A DNA stretch of 64,000 nt, from assembly GCF_006345805.1 (NCBI RefSeq), contig NC_043013.1, positions 930,001-994,000 on the forward strand. The letters run 5' to 3'. The stretch comes from Octopus sinensis. Taxonomy: Eukaryota. This document shows, in pieces, positions 11,477 to 24,762 of this stretch (position 1 is the stretch's first letter; every line of letters starts with the position of its first letter). Position numbers and translations under genes: made by a program. The notes below the pieces were generated by a model, which had not been told where the DNA came from, did not search any database, and saw only the letters and a list, made by a program, of their open reading frames with translations.

Positions 11477-12324
11477 ATGCCTTGCGACATTTGTTCTGCC
11501 CCTCTCTGTATTCTGAGTTCTTGGTTGCCGGTTTAACACTGCTGTCTGGTTCTTGGATGTCTTTAAAATGTTTGTTGAAATATTCAAGCAAAGTCTTTGG
11601 TTTTACGAAAATTCTCTCTGTCTCTCTTTTATCAGTTTCTGGGACTTTGAAAAAATAAAGAGACATGGATTCTGGCCTTCCTTTCATGACTAAACGATGA
11701 AAATAAGTCGTTATACGATAACAAGGGCTAATAAAAAATAAAGTAGAAGACTTAGACAAATACTATAATTCATTTTATCATATCAAAGAACCAGAATTTG
11801 CTATCGTCGAATCAATTGCTTTCTTTTTCGTTAAAGCATTCAGATCGTCATGTAATCTTATGAGTACTGATTGGCTTGGTTGGGGACAAAAATCTCCTGT
11901 CATGTTAGAATATTCATCAAACATTGCAGTTCATGCGGTGAAATTAATGCTTCACTGATGAGGTCATAATAAAACCGAAACAATCTTGGAGTTGTCTTCC
12001 GTACAAGCCGAAATAATAAAAATTTATATTAGTCATTGACTAATACTTCCTCCTCATCACGTAAGTAATATTAGCTTTTTAATTTTAGCCTTTTAATATT
12101 GTTTGCATTAAACTTTCGCTTCCATTCTTTGGCGGTGTGTGTGTGTGTGTGTGGTGGGGGTAAATGAAAATAAAGTACGAGTGAAATATTGAGGTCGATT
12201 GTATGAATCCTCTACTCCCCCTCCCCTCAAAATTGCTGTCCTTGTTTGGTAATAACTCACTGACAACAACTCTCACGCTTATATAAATATTTAAAAAAGC
12301 AGACAGTTGCCTTTCAGCTTATAC

Positions 12325-12510
12325 AACCACCACCACCACCACCACCACTATAACCACTACTATTACCACCTTCGCCATCACCACAGCCACCACTACTGGT
12401 ACCATCATTACCATCATACTACTACAACTGCCACCCATATCGCTTCCGCTGTCGCCGCCGCCGCCGCCGCCGCCACCACCACCACCACCACCACCACCAC
12501 CACCACCACG

Positions 12511-12568
<58 letters not shown>

Positions 12569-12570
12569 TT
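12325..12570. repeat. Compound trinucleotide repeat (CAC/GCC/TAC)
   Basis: Direct reading. Confidence 0.9.
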
Positions 12571-12760
12571 TTGTAATTCAGGCATGACACTACAGTGTTG
12601 CTGAAGAAGCTTCCAATATCATGCGACCAAACAATATTCGAGCAAAGAGCACTGCTCTGCAATGGATTCCTGAAAGTGAGCAGATTTAAGAAGAAATAGG
12701 AAGACATACTCAAAGTTGTATAAATGATTTACGGATAAAAAAGAAATAGGATAAAGCATC

Positions 12761-13110
12761 CTCTGGTTCAACCCGCCCTTTAACATAAATGAAGTGACAA
12801 ATATGGCAAAGCATCCTTAACACTTCCCAAATGACCATAGATACCCCATGCTTACAGGATCAATACACGAATTAACTGCAGCTGCACAAAGAACCAAAAC
12901 TTCGCCATCCAATCTATAATTTTCAGAAATCCGCAGCAAAATGTAGATGCAATTTGAACGCAATAAAACCAAGGCCCCTAAGTGGTAATTGGTAAGCAAA
13001 ACAATATAGGAGTGTAAAATACGGAGAAAACTACATCAGAGCAACAAACGGGTCACACCGGATAAGCTGCTGAAGGAAGACGATGTCTCTGATGAAGCAC
13101 ATTTGGAACA
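12761..13110 (+). mobile_element. Decayed Penelope-like ORF fragment
   Basis: LWFNPPFNINEVTN...HFPNDH matches the PLE RT-linker motif WFNPPF...HFP; a degenerate CTGATGAAG core follows at about 13088. Confidence 0.55.
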
Positions 13111-13545
13111 TGAGGAGGATATAGCTTAGAAAATAACAGTTATATAAATCCTTCCAGATAGACTCTCTACGGGTCTCAGAAAAATATTACATAATTCGCA
13201 ACAAATGTGCGTTCAATAGAAGGAATTAAATGAAAATCAACAAACTATCCCACAGAAAAGAATGAGAATTTAGAGACACCAGATATAAAATGAAAGCCCA
13301 CCAAAATGTATCAAAAGCATTTTTAGCGACATCAGATATAAAATAACACATTATGTAGTAGACAGAATCACAACTTTAATAAAACAGGATGTGTGACGTA
13401 ATCGACAAACAGACAAAGGACAAACTCTGCTGAAGAAGGCGGCCAATAGAAAGCGACAAGTGAAATAAGTCGTGCAGAACAGCGCTGAGTATAAAACCGA
13501 AACAGGATGCGACCACACAATTAATTCAGATAACTGAAATAACAA

Positions 13546-13641
<96 letters not shown>

Positions 13642-14221
13642 TGTATGTATGTATGTACGTACGTACGTATGTATGTATTATGCATGTATTTATAAGCTCT
13701 AGGCCTTCACAGTTAACGCACGCACACGCACACATTTACACACACACACACACATACGCACACTCACTCACTGTTCATTTTGTCCACTTGGCATGTCAAA
13801 TCCATGATTTTTGTTGTCAAAATAATCTTACGTGTTGGTTTGTAGAACAGAAAACTATTCTATTGAAATTAATGAGTCAGACGATGGGGGATTACCAGAG
13901 ATTTCAGAGCATCAGCCAAAAGGCATACGGTATCTAGTTACAACTTTTTATTACGTTCCGAGTTCAAAATTTGCGAAGATCGATTTTCTTTTTGATCCCC
14001 TCCGGGGTCAGTAAGACTGGATAGCAATCAATTAAAGCGATCACGCATTCAAATTAACATTCCTATAAATCCCTTTGGATTCGAATGGAGTTATAGTAGA
14101 AGACTAAAACTAAAATTTGATATTTCCGTTAGTAAAACTTATCAAGTGAAAATGCATCGAAACAAAATTTGAGAATCAATGAATAAGCAAGGGGAGTAAC
14201 TCTGAGCAACATTGCATATGG

Positions 14222-14392
14222 TTTAACGGCATTTCGCCTGTCTACATGTTCTGGTTCAAATTCTACCGCGGTCGACTTTGCCTTTCATCCTTTTGGGGTC
14301 GATAAATTAAGTACCAGCTGAGCACTGGAGGTTGATGTAAACGACTTACCCCGTCCATTGGAATTGGTGGCCTTGTGCCCAAATTTGAAATC
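14222..14392 (+). mobile_element. tRNA-derived SINE, family 1 (5' truncated)
   Basis: Shared core GTCGACTTTGCCTTTCATCCTTT(C/T)GGGGTCGATAA recurs many times in the window. Confidence 0.8.
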
Positions 14393-15003
14393 ACACACAC
14401 ACACATGTATGCATATATTTGTAAGTGAAAATACATACATAATGTGAATTTGTCTGTTAAGTACATCCCAAAGAGGGAGCCTTGTGTCTTTGTTGGAAAC
14501 CGGCTCCCTCCCCAGTGGAAGGTTTATAATAATTAAAAAATAGAAGAGACATGCGCGCGCGCACACACACACATAAACACACACACACACACACACACAT
14601 GCATGTATAGAACTGTATTTTTTTTGTGTGTGTGTGTGTCAAAATATTATGACATTGTCAGATAGTGATAAATGCTCTTATTTGACAAGTTACCAATGCG
14701 TATTGCAATGACAACCCCTCCCCCTCATACACACACACAAACATTTCATTGTTGTGCTTCGAAAGAATTTCCTGAATTTCTGAGTCAGCTGATCCTCACA
14801 ATAGGAAACTCTAAGCATTAGTTCATTATTGAGCACTACCGTTGACTCCTACCCAGGAATAGATTTCTCGTTATTAATATATCATTTTAAAAATAATTAT
14901 GGTTTAGCTTATTAGACATTCCATAGAGTAGGGTTGTCCTCAAAATGGAAGCCATGAATACCTACGAAGTTTCACAGTGTTTTAATTTATCACAACTTTA
15001 TCT

Positions 15004-15190
15004 TTCAGTTCTATATTTAAGAGAAGAAGAATTATGTACATTATTTACAATTGACGGATATTTGTCCTCGTCTTGTTTGTTGTTTCCCCAAGACACCTGA
15101 TGAAGGTTGGAGGTTATATCAGCCGAAACGTGTTAACGACAAACAAGATGAGAAACAAATATCCGTCAATTGTAAATAATGTAAATAATG
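15004..15190 (+). mobile_element. Inverted pair of PLE-type tails with a degenerate hammerhead (15092-15135)
   Basis: Same tail as the 31975-32189 and 35579-35890 elements; CTGATGA...CAGCCGAAAC present, cleavage-site region deleted. Confidence 0.7.
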
Positions 15191-15304
15191 AACTTTATCG
15201 TTGTTTGTTAATTTAACTCTGAAAATTATTAGACGGTCTTCATGTAATTTCAACTGTTGAAGCTTGTGAATTTTCCGAATTAAATTTACTCGTGACGTTG
15301 AAGT

Positions 15305-16319
15305 TGTAGCGGTCTCTGATATCGTCACTGTTTGAGAGACACGGCAGGAATGATCTCGTTCGAGATTACAGCCATCTTTGGCCGAGTTGTTCCTGTTGTA
15401 ACCACTGACCTGATTGGTTGACATGTGGCGCGATTTGTCTCTACTTATTTCGCGCCACTGGCCAAAGCCAACCAATCACGGCCTTTGGTTAAGGTCCCTT
15501 TTTCCTAGGCTCTGTTGAGCCACCTTACTTGTATATAAAGGTGTGTTCTCAGTATACTAGGGTCTTTGGTTCTAGTCCTTCTAAGGACTAACCTCTGACC
15601 GCAGAGCTACTCAACATGTTCCAGTCACAGCGACAGACGATAAGCCACGACGACGCTAATGTACACCCGCAACAGAACGCCTTCTATCTCCGCCGCCGTC
15701 GTCACCATCATTGTACCAACTTCAAGTCGTCTCTACCATCGTCGCCATCACCATCGTCCACTTCAGACATGTACACACCAGCTTCACAGATCCACGCTGT
15801 TAGAGTGAATCCCTTCACCAAGTAGAAACAGTCCATCTGAAGAATTCTACATTAAGAGAACCAGCTCGGTGATTGAGACCACGACCGCGGCTCGACAATA
15901 ATTCGCCCAACCGGTCTCCGCCCGAGACACAACATCTTGATATTGAACTCTTACACTTCGTGTACCTCATGAACTGTAAATCAATTTCCATCATTAACTC
16001 TATGCTCTGTACTTTCTGTGTCACACGCATTCACCCTTATTGTATCTGTCACACACACGAACACAGAGACACAAACACGTGTTGCAAGCACACACATACA
16101 CAACACCTGCTAGCACTCACAACCTTCTAACCTTAACACCATTTGTAAATAAAATCTTATCTATCTCTCAAACAGTGGAACGGCTTGTCGTCAATTCATC
16201 TATAATCTGTTGGCACTGCATTGTATAAATTGTATTTATGGCTTATCTTATTTCGTTAGGGATGCGACCGCGTGACTTACCTATGTCACCAACCTCCACA
16301 TACGGTCGTATTTCCTACA
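15305..16319 (+). mobile_element. Solo LTR (1015 bp)
   Basis: TG...CA termini, 4-bp TSD AAGT on both sides, TATATAAA at 15532, AATAAA at 16148; homologous to 41366-42415. Confidence 0.85.
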
Positions 16320-16699
16320 AAGTCACTACGTTTAATTTTTTACAAAATTCCCTCCAACCACGTACAGCATGAAACCGTGCTGTAAAGCTAAGGTCGTGGA
16401 TATTTTCTTGATTAAATATACTCGCGATAATAAAGCCATTACAGTTGGTTTTTTGAAAAAAATCCACTCCAATTCCATTCAATATAAAATAAGATATCAA
16501 ATAGAAAGAATCGGCGATATAGAGATGTGTGTGTGTAAATTAAATCCAAACCTATCTTTTATCTCTGAGCTGTTTCAATTCTTAGACTGTAGCCATGCCC
16601 CAGTATGGCTACAGTCTACTACTACCCTAGCATGGCTTCGATCCAGCGACTGAAGAGTCTTTACTCGAATGAATCGACCATAGTACTTAAAAGAGACTT

Positions 16700-17075
16700 A
16701 AGGCTATAGTAGAAGACACTTGCCCAAGGTACCACACAGTAGGACTGAACACGGAACCATGTGGTTGGGAAGCAAGCTTCTTACCACACAGCTACGCATG
16801 CGCCTATTCAGAGACCAAAACTGAACAAAATCATTTGCAATTATTTATCATTTGATATTTTATCTTTAATCTTCCTTTAGTTGTTTCAGTCATTGGACTG
16901 TGGCCATGCTGGGGCACCGCCTTGGAAGGGTTTGGTCGAACAAATCGACCGTAGGACTTCTGTAAAAGGCTGCTTCGTATTCTCTCTGTCTCTTTTGCCG
17001 AACTGTTGAGTCACAGGGATATAAACAAACCAACACTGGTTGTAAAGCAGTGAAGGGGACAAACACAAACACAAA
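16700..17075 (-). mobile_element. SINE family 2 fragments (head 16700-16805, tail 16880-17075)
   Basis: Matches segments of the full copy at 33075-33445. Confidence 0.75.
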
Positions 17076-17136
17076 AATACACGCACATACATACATACAT
17101 AATTACATGCACGCATACGTACGCGTACATACGTAC

Positions 17137-17194
<58 letters not shown>

Positions 17195-17429
17195 TACATA
17201 TGTGTATAAGAGTTATACACTGAGGGAAAGCCAATAAGTGGTTTCCATCACACTAGAAACGGGAGTTAAATCCCAAACCACGAAGTATATATATGTATAT
17301 ATATTTATATCTGTATCTCTCTCTCTCTCTCTATCTATATATATATTTTTTAAGTGTATGTGTGTGTGTGTGTGTGTGGTGTGTGTGTGTGTGTATGTAT
17401 ATACAGTATATATATATATGTACACGCAC

Positions 17430-17592
17430 ACATACATATATACGACAGGTTTCCTCACAGTTTCCGTTTATCAGATTTACTCATAAGGCATTAGTCGGCC
17501 TGGGGTTATAGTAGTAGATTTCTTCTCCTAGTCACTGCGCAGGACACACGAACCTGAACCCAGGGGATTGCAAAGCGATGTTTTCAACCACA
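17430..17592 (-). mobile_element. SINE family 2 head fragment
   Basis: Similarity to 33075-33240. Confidence 0.65.
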
Positions 17593-18038
17593 CAACCTAA
17601 AGAGTTTAAATGCGTGAAAAACGTAAGAAACCCCAGGATGGGAAAACTGAAGAATTTCATTGAAAACGTCTCCATTTTAGGTTTGTGCAAAATGATTTTT
17701 CATTCTTGATAAAATAATATCAAAATTAGAACTTTTTGATTAAGACCACCTCTTGGACGTTGTCTTTGGATTTCAACAGATTTCTGTAATTTGGTTTTTT
17801 AAAAAATGCAAAAATGATTGGGGTGGGTGGGAATAGTAGCGTAGCTCAGGTGTGTGCCGCCCGAAACAACTCTTGAACTCCCCGATCCACCCCCACCTTC
17901 CTGGCAATACAGTTCATACAAATTTTTACAACAGAATCAAAAGTTCGGTTCCCATAAAAGCATCGCCCGGAAGTAGACCGTCACCTCAACTCCAGATACG
18001 CTACTGAGGGCAAAATTTGTATCAGATTTCAAGTTTCC

Positions 18039-18140
18039 GTGATGTGTTTCCAGAAGCTTTTGGGATGCTTCCACCAGAGATGCCTTTGTTCCGTCATGGA
18101 CATTTCATGGGAGGAACTTTGCCACAAAATAACCAGCGAA
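18039..18140 (+). mobile_element. RTE-like LINE fragment
   Basis: KLLGCFHQRCLCSVMDISW resembles the RTE motif KLERFHQRCLRKILGISW. Confidence 0.5.
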
Positions 18141-18504
18141 CACCTGTGTGAAACAGATTGTTGTTGTTGTTGTTGGTGGTGGTGGGATTTTGTGAGGACT
18201 TCTGTTTTGATCAGAAAGTAATTTAAAGAATTTATTGTACGAGAATGTTTATGTGAAACTAAATGTTGGAACGGACATTGTCATAATTCGAAAGAGTAAA
18301 ACTGTCAATAAAACGGTAAACAAACCCACTGATGACTGCTTGACACTCGCTCCAAAGTATACAATATATCAAAGAATATCTTATTTAAAACTAGCTGAAT
18401 TACCCGGTAATACCCGGGAAAGCAGGGCTTATTTCCAGTTCCCGTTCCCATTATTTTGTTTCATGTCCTATCCCGTTCCCTGTTCAGTTCCCGACGACGA
18501 CGAC

Positions 18505-18712
18505 AGTAATAATAATCCTTTCTACTAAAGGCACAAGGCCCGAAATTTTATGAGAGAGGAGTAGCCGATTACATCAACCCCAGTTTTTCCCTGGTACTTA
18601 ATTTATCGACTCTGAAAGGATGAAAGGCAAAGTCTACCTCGGCGGAATTTGAATTCAGCCCGTTGCGACGGGAGAAATATCGCTAAGCATTTCGTCCAGT
18701 GCGCTAATGTGG
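18505..18712 (-). mobile_element. SINE family 1
   Basis: Family core present on the minus strand. Confidence 0.8.
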
Positions 18713-19799
18713 GGGTAGGGGCGGTCCGCCCCGTGCGGCACTTTTAAAGGGGCCCCACTTTTGGGTCTGCTGTCGGCATTATGTGCTTTTTGTGGGGTCC
18801 AGGGGCGGCAAGCGGAAGGGCCATCCAGGGCGGCACGCGAAATTTTTTCCCCACAGTGTTCCAGACCCCAGTAATGAACTCTTTTGCATACAGCCAATCA
18901 GAACAGAGCCACCTTTAACCTTGTTATGTCTCCGGTAATTTTCTTTCACGAAAATAAATGTTTACGTTGATTTAAAAGAGAAACATGAATGTGTCTGTGG
19001 CTTATGATTGACTAAAATTGCCAAAATTTTCAAACTTTAATTACTAATAACTCTTTATTTATTGATATATAGCGAAAATTACTTTCACTTCATTAATTTG
19101 CCTGTAAAAGTGTATCGTTACACCGAATATGAAATCATTTCGAACAGAAAATTGACTCAGGCATTCAAACAGAAAAGATCAAAAAAACAAAAGCCACGGA
19201 AATGTATGAGAACTAAAAAATTTCGCTGAGTACTATTATATTATTAGTAGTAAATTATAGATTATTATAACTCGCTGGGTCCGTGAAAAATTCACTGAAA
19301 ATATAAAAATGTAAGCATCTGTAGATTGTGTGGCGGTAATCGGAGGTCGCCATTTTGAATGCCAACATTTGACAAGGTGAAGGTGAGCTCTGATTGGCTG
19401 TATGCAAATGAGTATTTTACTGGGGTCCGGAACTCTCGAGGGGGAAAAATTTTCGCGGACGGCATACACTCAAGCTACGCCAGTGGTCCATTCCACAGTG
19501 ATTTCTTGCCATCTGGTCAACAAGTTGCCTTAACAATCTTTGGTGTTTCCTTTCTACGTATAACAGTCTCCACTCTCCGGAACTTGTAAATTGCACAGCT
19601 TGTACGAGTCAATGAGAGAGAGATCGTTTATGTAATCTATGAATCTGCTGAAAGTAACAGCTAAATCACCCTCAAACAACACTGTTCGTTACCTTAAAAG
19701 AAAAAAGAAAACGACGCGCTGGAAGGTGCAGTCCAGAATATCTTTAAAAACAAGATGGGATCGTTAGCGGTTCGACAGAATAAGTTCACACTTAAAAAA

Positions 19800-20240
19800 A
19801 TAATTACAGGGGTCGATTTGTTCGACTAAATCTTTCAAGGCGGTGCCCCAGCATGGCCGCAATCTAATGCCTGAAATAAGTGAAAAAGATAGAGAAACCT
19901 CATGGCTCCAGGTTCGGTCCCACTGCATGGCATCTGGGGCAAGTGTCTTCTACTATAACTGCGGGCCGACCAAGGCCTCGTGAGTGGATTTGGCAGATGG
20001 AAACTGAAAGAAGCCTGTACCGACGATAAATGTTTGTGTGTGTGTGTTTAAGTTTGACAATCGGTGTTGGTTAGTTCATGCCCCCGTAACTTAGCGGTTC
20101 GGCAAAAGAAACCGATATAATAAGTACTAGCCTTAAAAGAAAAAAAAAATCCGTTCTGGTGTCTTTTCATCCGACTGTAAAGTCCCCAAGGCGGTACCCC
20201 AGCATGGCCGCAGTCTAATGACTGAAGCAAAGTAAAAAAA
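19800..20240 (+). mobile_element. SINE family 2 cluster
   Basis: Repeated GCATGGCCGCAGTC...TGACTGAA tail and head segments. Confidence 0.7.
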
Positions 20241-20569
20241 AAAACAAAAAAAAAAAAACGATGAAGATACCATTGTAATTCAGGAAGGTTCTAGATTGAA
20301 AATGCTGAACAAATAATCGGTCTGTTTAGTCTTTGATAGGCAAAGACTTTAAAAGAGATTTAATGAGAGTTACCGAGTGTAATGTGGCTGCTGAATACAC
20401 GTGACATCCTTTAAATGTCATTAAACCCGATCACAATGGCGCTTTCAGTGCATCACTTTAAGATCTTCGCTGTGAAGTTGTTGGTGTTGTTGTTGTTGCT
20501 GTTTTGTCAGTTTGATAAATAAATTGTTAGGAATGTCAGTGTAGAGGATGAGTTGTTGCTGAAGAGCAA

Positions 20570-21420
20570 CGCACGCACGCACACACACACGCACACACAC
20601 ACGCACACACACACACACACATGCACACACACACACACACACAACACACACACACAGAGGTTTGCGTGTCTTTGTGAATGTGTACACGTGTGTCACTGTG
20701 TGTGCGCGTGTGTTATGTATCTGTGTGAGTTGTCTCAGAATACATGTAGGTGCTTGCATGTCAGAGTGTATATACGCGTGTGTGTATGCGTGTCGTGTGT
20801 GTGTATGTGCCTGTGTATGTGTATGTGCGCGTGTATGTCTGTATATATATATGTGTTTGTGCGTGTATGTCTGTATATATATATGTGTTTGTGCGTGTAT
20901 GTATGTATGTATGCATGTATGTATGTATGTATGTATGTATGCATGTGTGTATGTATGCATGTGTGTATGCATGTGTGTATGCATGTGTGTATGCATGTGT
21001 GTATGTATGTATGCATGCAAATGTGTATGTGTATGTATGTATGTATGTATGTATGTATGTATGTATGTATGTATGTGTGTGTGTATGTATGTACGTGTTT
21101 ACATTAATGTGCGTGACAGTCGATATTGACAAATTCAAAAATAAGTGGGAATCTGGTCGCCAGCTGCCGACAGACGACAGCCATGGGAAACTAGCAGAGA
21201 ACGGAACTTGGCAGCGAAAGTAGCCTAAGAAAGTGCGTGCAGTTTGGTGTGTGTGTGTGAATCTGTGTGGGTGTGTGTGTTATGTACGTATGTGCTTGTG
21301 TTTGTGTATGTATATGTATGTGTATGTACGTGTATGTGTGTGTATGTTGTATACGTATGTGTTTGTGTATGTGTGTTGTGTATGTGTGTGTATGCTTGTA
21401 TGTGTATGCATGTGTGTGTT

Positions 21421-21450
<30 letters not shown>
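20570..21450. repeat. Compound CA/TG/TATG microsatellite field upstream of gene B
   Basis: Direct reading. Confidence 0.85.
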
Positions 21451-21452
<2 letters not shown>

Positions 21453-21639
21453 TGGGTGATTTGGCAGCGAAGGAAGAGAGCGGTGGGTGTGGAGGTATAT
21501 CTGTAAGAGTTAAAAACAATAGAGCGAGTTTTATAGACACAACTCGCCTCACCACTTTCTAAACGGATTCTACTGGAGAGGAAGAAGAAGGAGAATTCAC
21601 TCCTGCTTTCCGGACAGCATCCGAAAAAACAAGCCCAAG

Positions 21640-23460
21640 ATGTTTGTTTGTTGGAAAAGCATCTTCTTTTTATTTCTCTGTCTAAAATATTTGTTAGCAG
21701 AAACTTCCGAATTGATTTTCGAAGCCGAGAAACAGCCTGGAAATCTGAAAGTCCACAGTCGATCAAATGCTTCTAATAAGAAAGTTGTTTATTTATTACC
21801 AGGGAAAACTCTTCGTTTGGATTTATGTATAGCAAACAATTCCTCACTTCGGATGATGGGATTTCGATATTCAATCGACGGCAAAGCAACTGTTGTTCTT
21901 GTTAACATTGATAACCAACAACTGCAGTCGTTCTCAATATCAGGCCATTCCAAAGGTGGCGAGCTATGGAATGTATTTCGGGACTCAGGACCTGCCAGAA
22001 AACCTTTATTTTTATCAGAAGGAATTCATTTTTTGGATATTCATATAAATTCGAACGAGACTCAAGGAATTGAAATCGATCATTTGACCATCATGACGGA
22101 CAATCCTTACATTTCTGAAGACTTGATGTCATGCAGATTAAGCTGTTTTCATGAACTGGATAAAGCAGAACCCGTGAAGAAAGATCATACTCGTAGGTCT
22201 GATCTGGTAACGTTAATCCAGCGAAGTTTCCCCACCAAATGTGCTGAACAGGACAACATTGATATTGCTTTCATTCATGCATCGGTAAAGAAATATCGCG
22301 TCACTCCGTCCTACCCTCGATTCGACAGCATGCTCAACAATCGCGGGGCAATGTTCAAGGATTGTTTCAGTATCTCTCAGTCACAGCTTTGGCTGTTAAA
22401 AGGTAAACCACTCGATCCCGAACATAACGTTGTGATGAACATCAACTCATTTGTGTTAAAACTAACAAAATCAAGGCTCTACAAATTTATAATATTCTTC
22501 CCGTTGAAAGGTAAGATGAGTGGCGTGATCGATGCTGATATCGGATCGAATTTTACTGTAAAACTAAAGAAAATTTCTCGACCACTTTATATAAATATGA
22601 CTTATAATGGTAGAAATAGCAAACTTTCGGAATTACAACACAGGAAATTTTCTCCACGAACACTGAAAGGAGTTTGGTCTATTCCAGATTTCACATGGTC
22701 CGAAAGTAATATAAATGCCATATTTCTGATCTTGGTTTCGGATGAAGACCAACTTGTTATTATTGACGAAATTAGTTTAGTTAGGCGACCAGAACGAGGA
22801 GAGACGGTGAAGCCGTTGTATCAAAGTCTCAACACAATATTAGAGGGCGTCAATGTCGATTTTTGGTGGCGGCGACCGAAAACTATGAGTGTCATTCTGG
22901 AAGGCACTAAATTCGATAATATCGATTTCATTCGATTGAGCAAACGTGTCCTGGGATCAAGTGACACATCGCAAGTGTTTGTCCTTTATCAAGATGGCAA
23001 TGCACGGACTCTTCCACCGTTACTTCATGGTGTTGACTGGTTACCTTTCGGTTCATCTGTAATTCTTGGGCCAACAAATTTGTCTAGTTTTCGACCATTC
23101 GCAGACATTGAAGTTTTCAAGATTGTCCGAGTTGAACCAACTTTAATCGCAGTCATTCAATATTATGATAATTCATCAGCTAATATTGAAGTTATCAGCA
23201 ATCGAACACAAACTCAGATATTAGTCTATAATATATCCATGGCCAGCGTTTCGACATTTTTACCATTTATTAGGTTTCGTTCCATGTGGATCAAAGACGG
23301 TCTTTCTGACGTTGACCATATCAAGATTGACGGAGATAAGGGTTTACACATTTTGTCAACGTGGAGAATTCTTCGCGCTAGAAATGTACGCTTTTATCGT
23401 TCTTGTGAGTCGAAACATTTGTCTATGTCCCCTAATATAAAAATCGAAATACTGAAATAA
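21640..23460 (+). CDS. Intronless secreted protein B (606 aa), paralog of protein A
   Basis: ATG-initiated ORF with signal peptide MFVCWKSIFFLFLCLKYLLA, then ELIFEAE...RSNAS...RYS...ELWNVF...LSEGIHFL...IEIDHLTI (CBM6/35-like pattern). Colinear with protein A to the last residues (SPxIxIEIL). Confidence 0.92.
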   Translation: MFVCWKSIFFLFLCLKYLLAETSELIFEAEKQPGNLKVHSRSNASNKKVVYLLPGKTLRLDLCIANNSSLRMMGFRYSIDGKATVVLVNIDNQQLQSFSISGHSKGGELWNVFRDSGPARKPLFLSEGIHFLDIHINSNETQGIEIDHLTIMTDNPYISEDLMSCRLSCFHELDKAEPVKKDHTRRSDLVTLIQRSFPTKCAEQDNIDIAFIHASVKKYRVTPSYPRFDSMLNNRGAMFKDCFSISQSQLWLLKGKPLDPEHNVVMNINSFVLKLTKSRLYKFIIFFPLKGKMSGVIDADIGSNFTVKLKKISRPLYINMTYNGRNSKLSELQHRKFSPRTLKGVWSIPDFTWSESNINAIFLILVSDEDQLVIIDEISLVRRPERGETVKPLYQSLNTILEGVNVDFWWRRPKTMSVILEGTKFDNIDFIRLSKRVLGSSDTSQVFVLYQDGNARTLPPLLHGVDWLPFGSSVILGPTNLSSFRPFADIEVFKIVRVEPTLIAVIQYYDNSSANIEVISNRTQTQILVYNISMASVSTFLPFIRFRSMWIKDGLSDVDHIKIDGDKGLHILSTWRILRARNVRFYRSCESKHLSMSPNIKIEILK

Positions 23461-24001
23461 CATACTGCTTCTTTATAACAAAGGAATATATATATATATA
23501 TATAATAAGTAAAAAAACTAAAGACAAAAAAAGGAATGTGATAAAGTTTTGACCCAAAGTTTGGATATTTAGGGAAACTCACCGCTACACAGGGAAGACA
23601 AACCTTTAAAAATCATATTTATACGCATGCAACAGACACATATACACAAACATGTTCACCTTTATATACACACAACATCTCTCCTAAACACACACGCATG
23701 CACACGCGAACACAGAAACCTATTTAGTCAGGAAAAACATTAAATAACTCACCATAAAATGTAATTATTTGTTATCAGAAGTTAAACGAGGATTAAAAAG
23801 AAAAAATATTGGAAAAACACGAATTATTCTTCTATTTGGTGTTTATGAAAGATTCTCATTTTAGAATCATGTTGTTATATCCACCACGTTATAATATTCT
23901 ACCCCACTCGACATGAATGTGTCGAGCATACTTTGTCTTGCTGTTGCATCTTCACACACAAAATGTTCCCAAACTTATTACTAAATTTGTTTGGTTTTAA
24001 A

Positions 24002-24034
<33 letters not shown>

Positions 24035-24086
24035 ACCTACCTACCTATCTATCTGTCTATCTATCTATCTATCTACCTACCTACTG

Positions 24087-24118
<32 letters not shown>

Positions 24119-24192
24119 CTATCTATCTATCTATCTATCTACTATCTATTTATCTATCTATATATCTATCCATCCATCCACCTACCTACCTG

Positions 24193-24249
<57 letters not shown>

Positions 24250-24505
24250 ATATCTATCCATCCATCCACCTACCTACCTGTCTGTCTATCTATCTATCTA
24301 TCTATCTATTTATCTATCTATATATCTATCCATCCATCCACCTACCTACCTGTCTGTCTATCTATCTATCTATCTATCTATAATATATCTATCCATCCAT
24401 CCACCTACCTACCTGTCGTCTATCTATCTATCTATCTATCTATCTCTCTATCTATCTATCTATCTATAATATATCTATCCATCCATCCACCTACCTACCT
24501 GTCTG

Positions 24506-24562
<57 letters not shown>

Positions 24563-24597
24563 ATATCTATCCATCCATCCACCTACCTACCTGTCTG

Positions 24598-24662
<65 letters not shown>

Positions 24663-24697
24663 ATATCTATCCATCCATCCACCTACCTACCTGTCTG

Positions 24698-24762
<65 letters not shown>

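Noticed and set aside
11430-11930. hAT/ZMYM-like coding remnant (KTLLEYFNK...; MFDEYSNMTGDFCPQP)
   Set aside because: Only a vague resemblance with no diagnostic motif; needs a TBLASTX search.
13080-13520. Additional hammerheads (CTGATGAAG, CTGAAGAAGG)
   Set aside because: No pairing stems or correctly placed GAAA/NUH.
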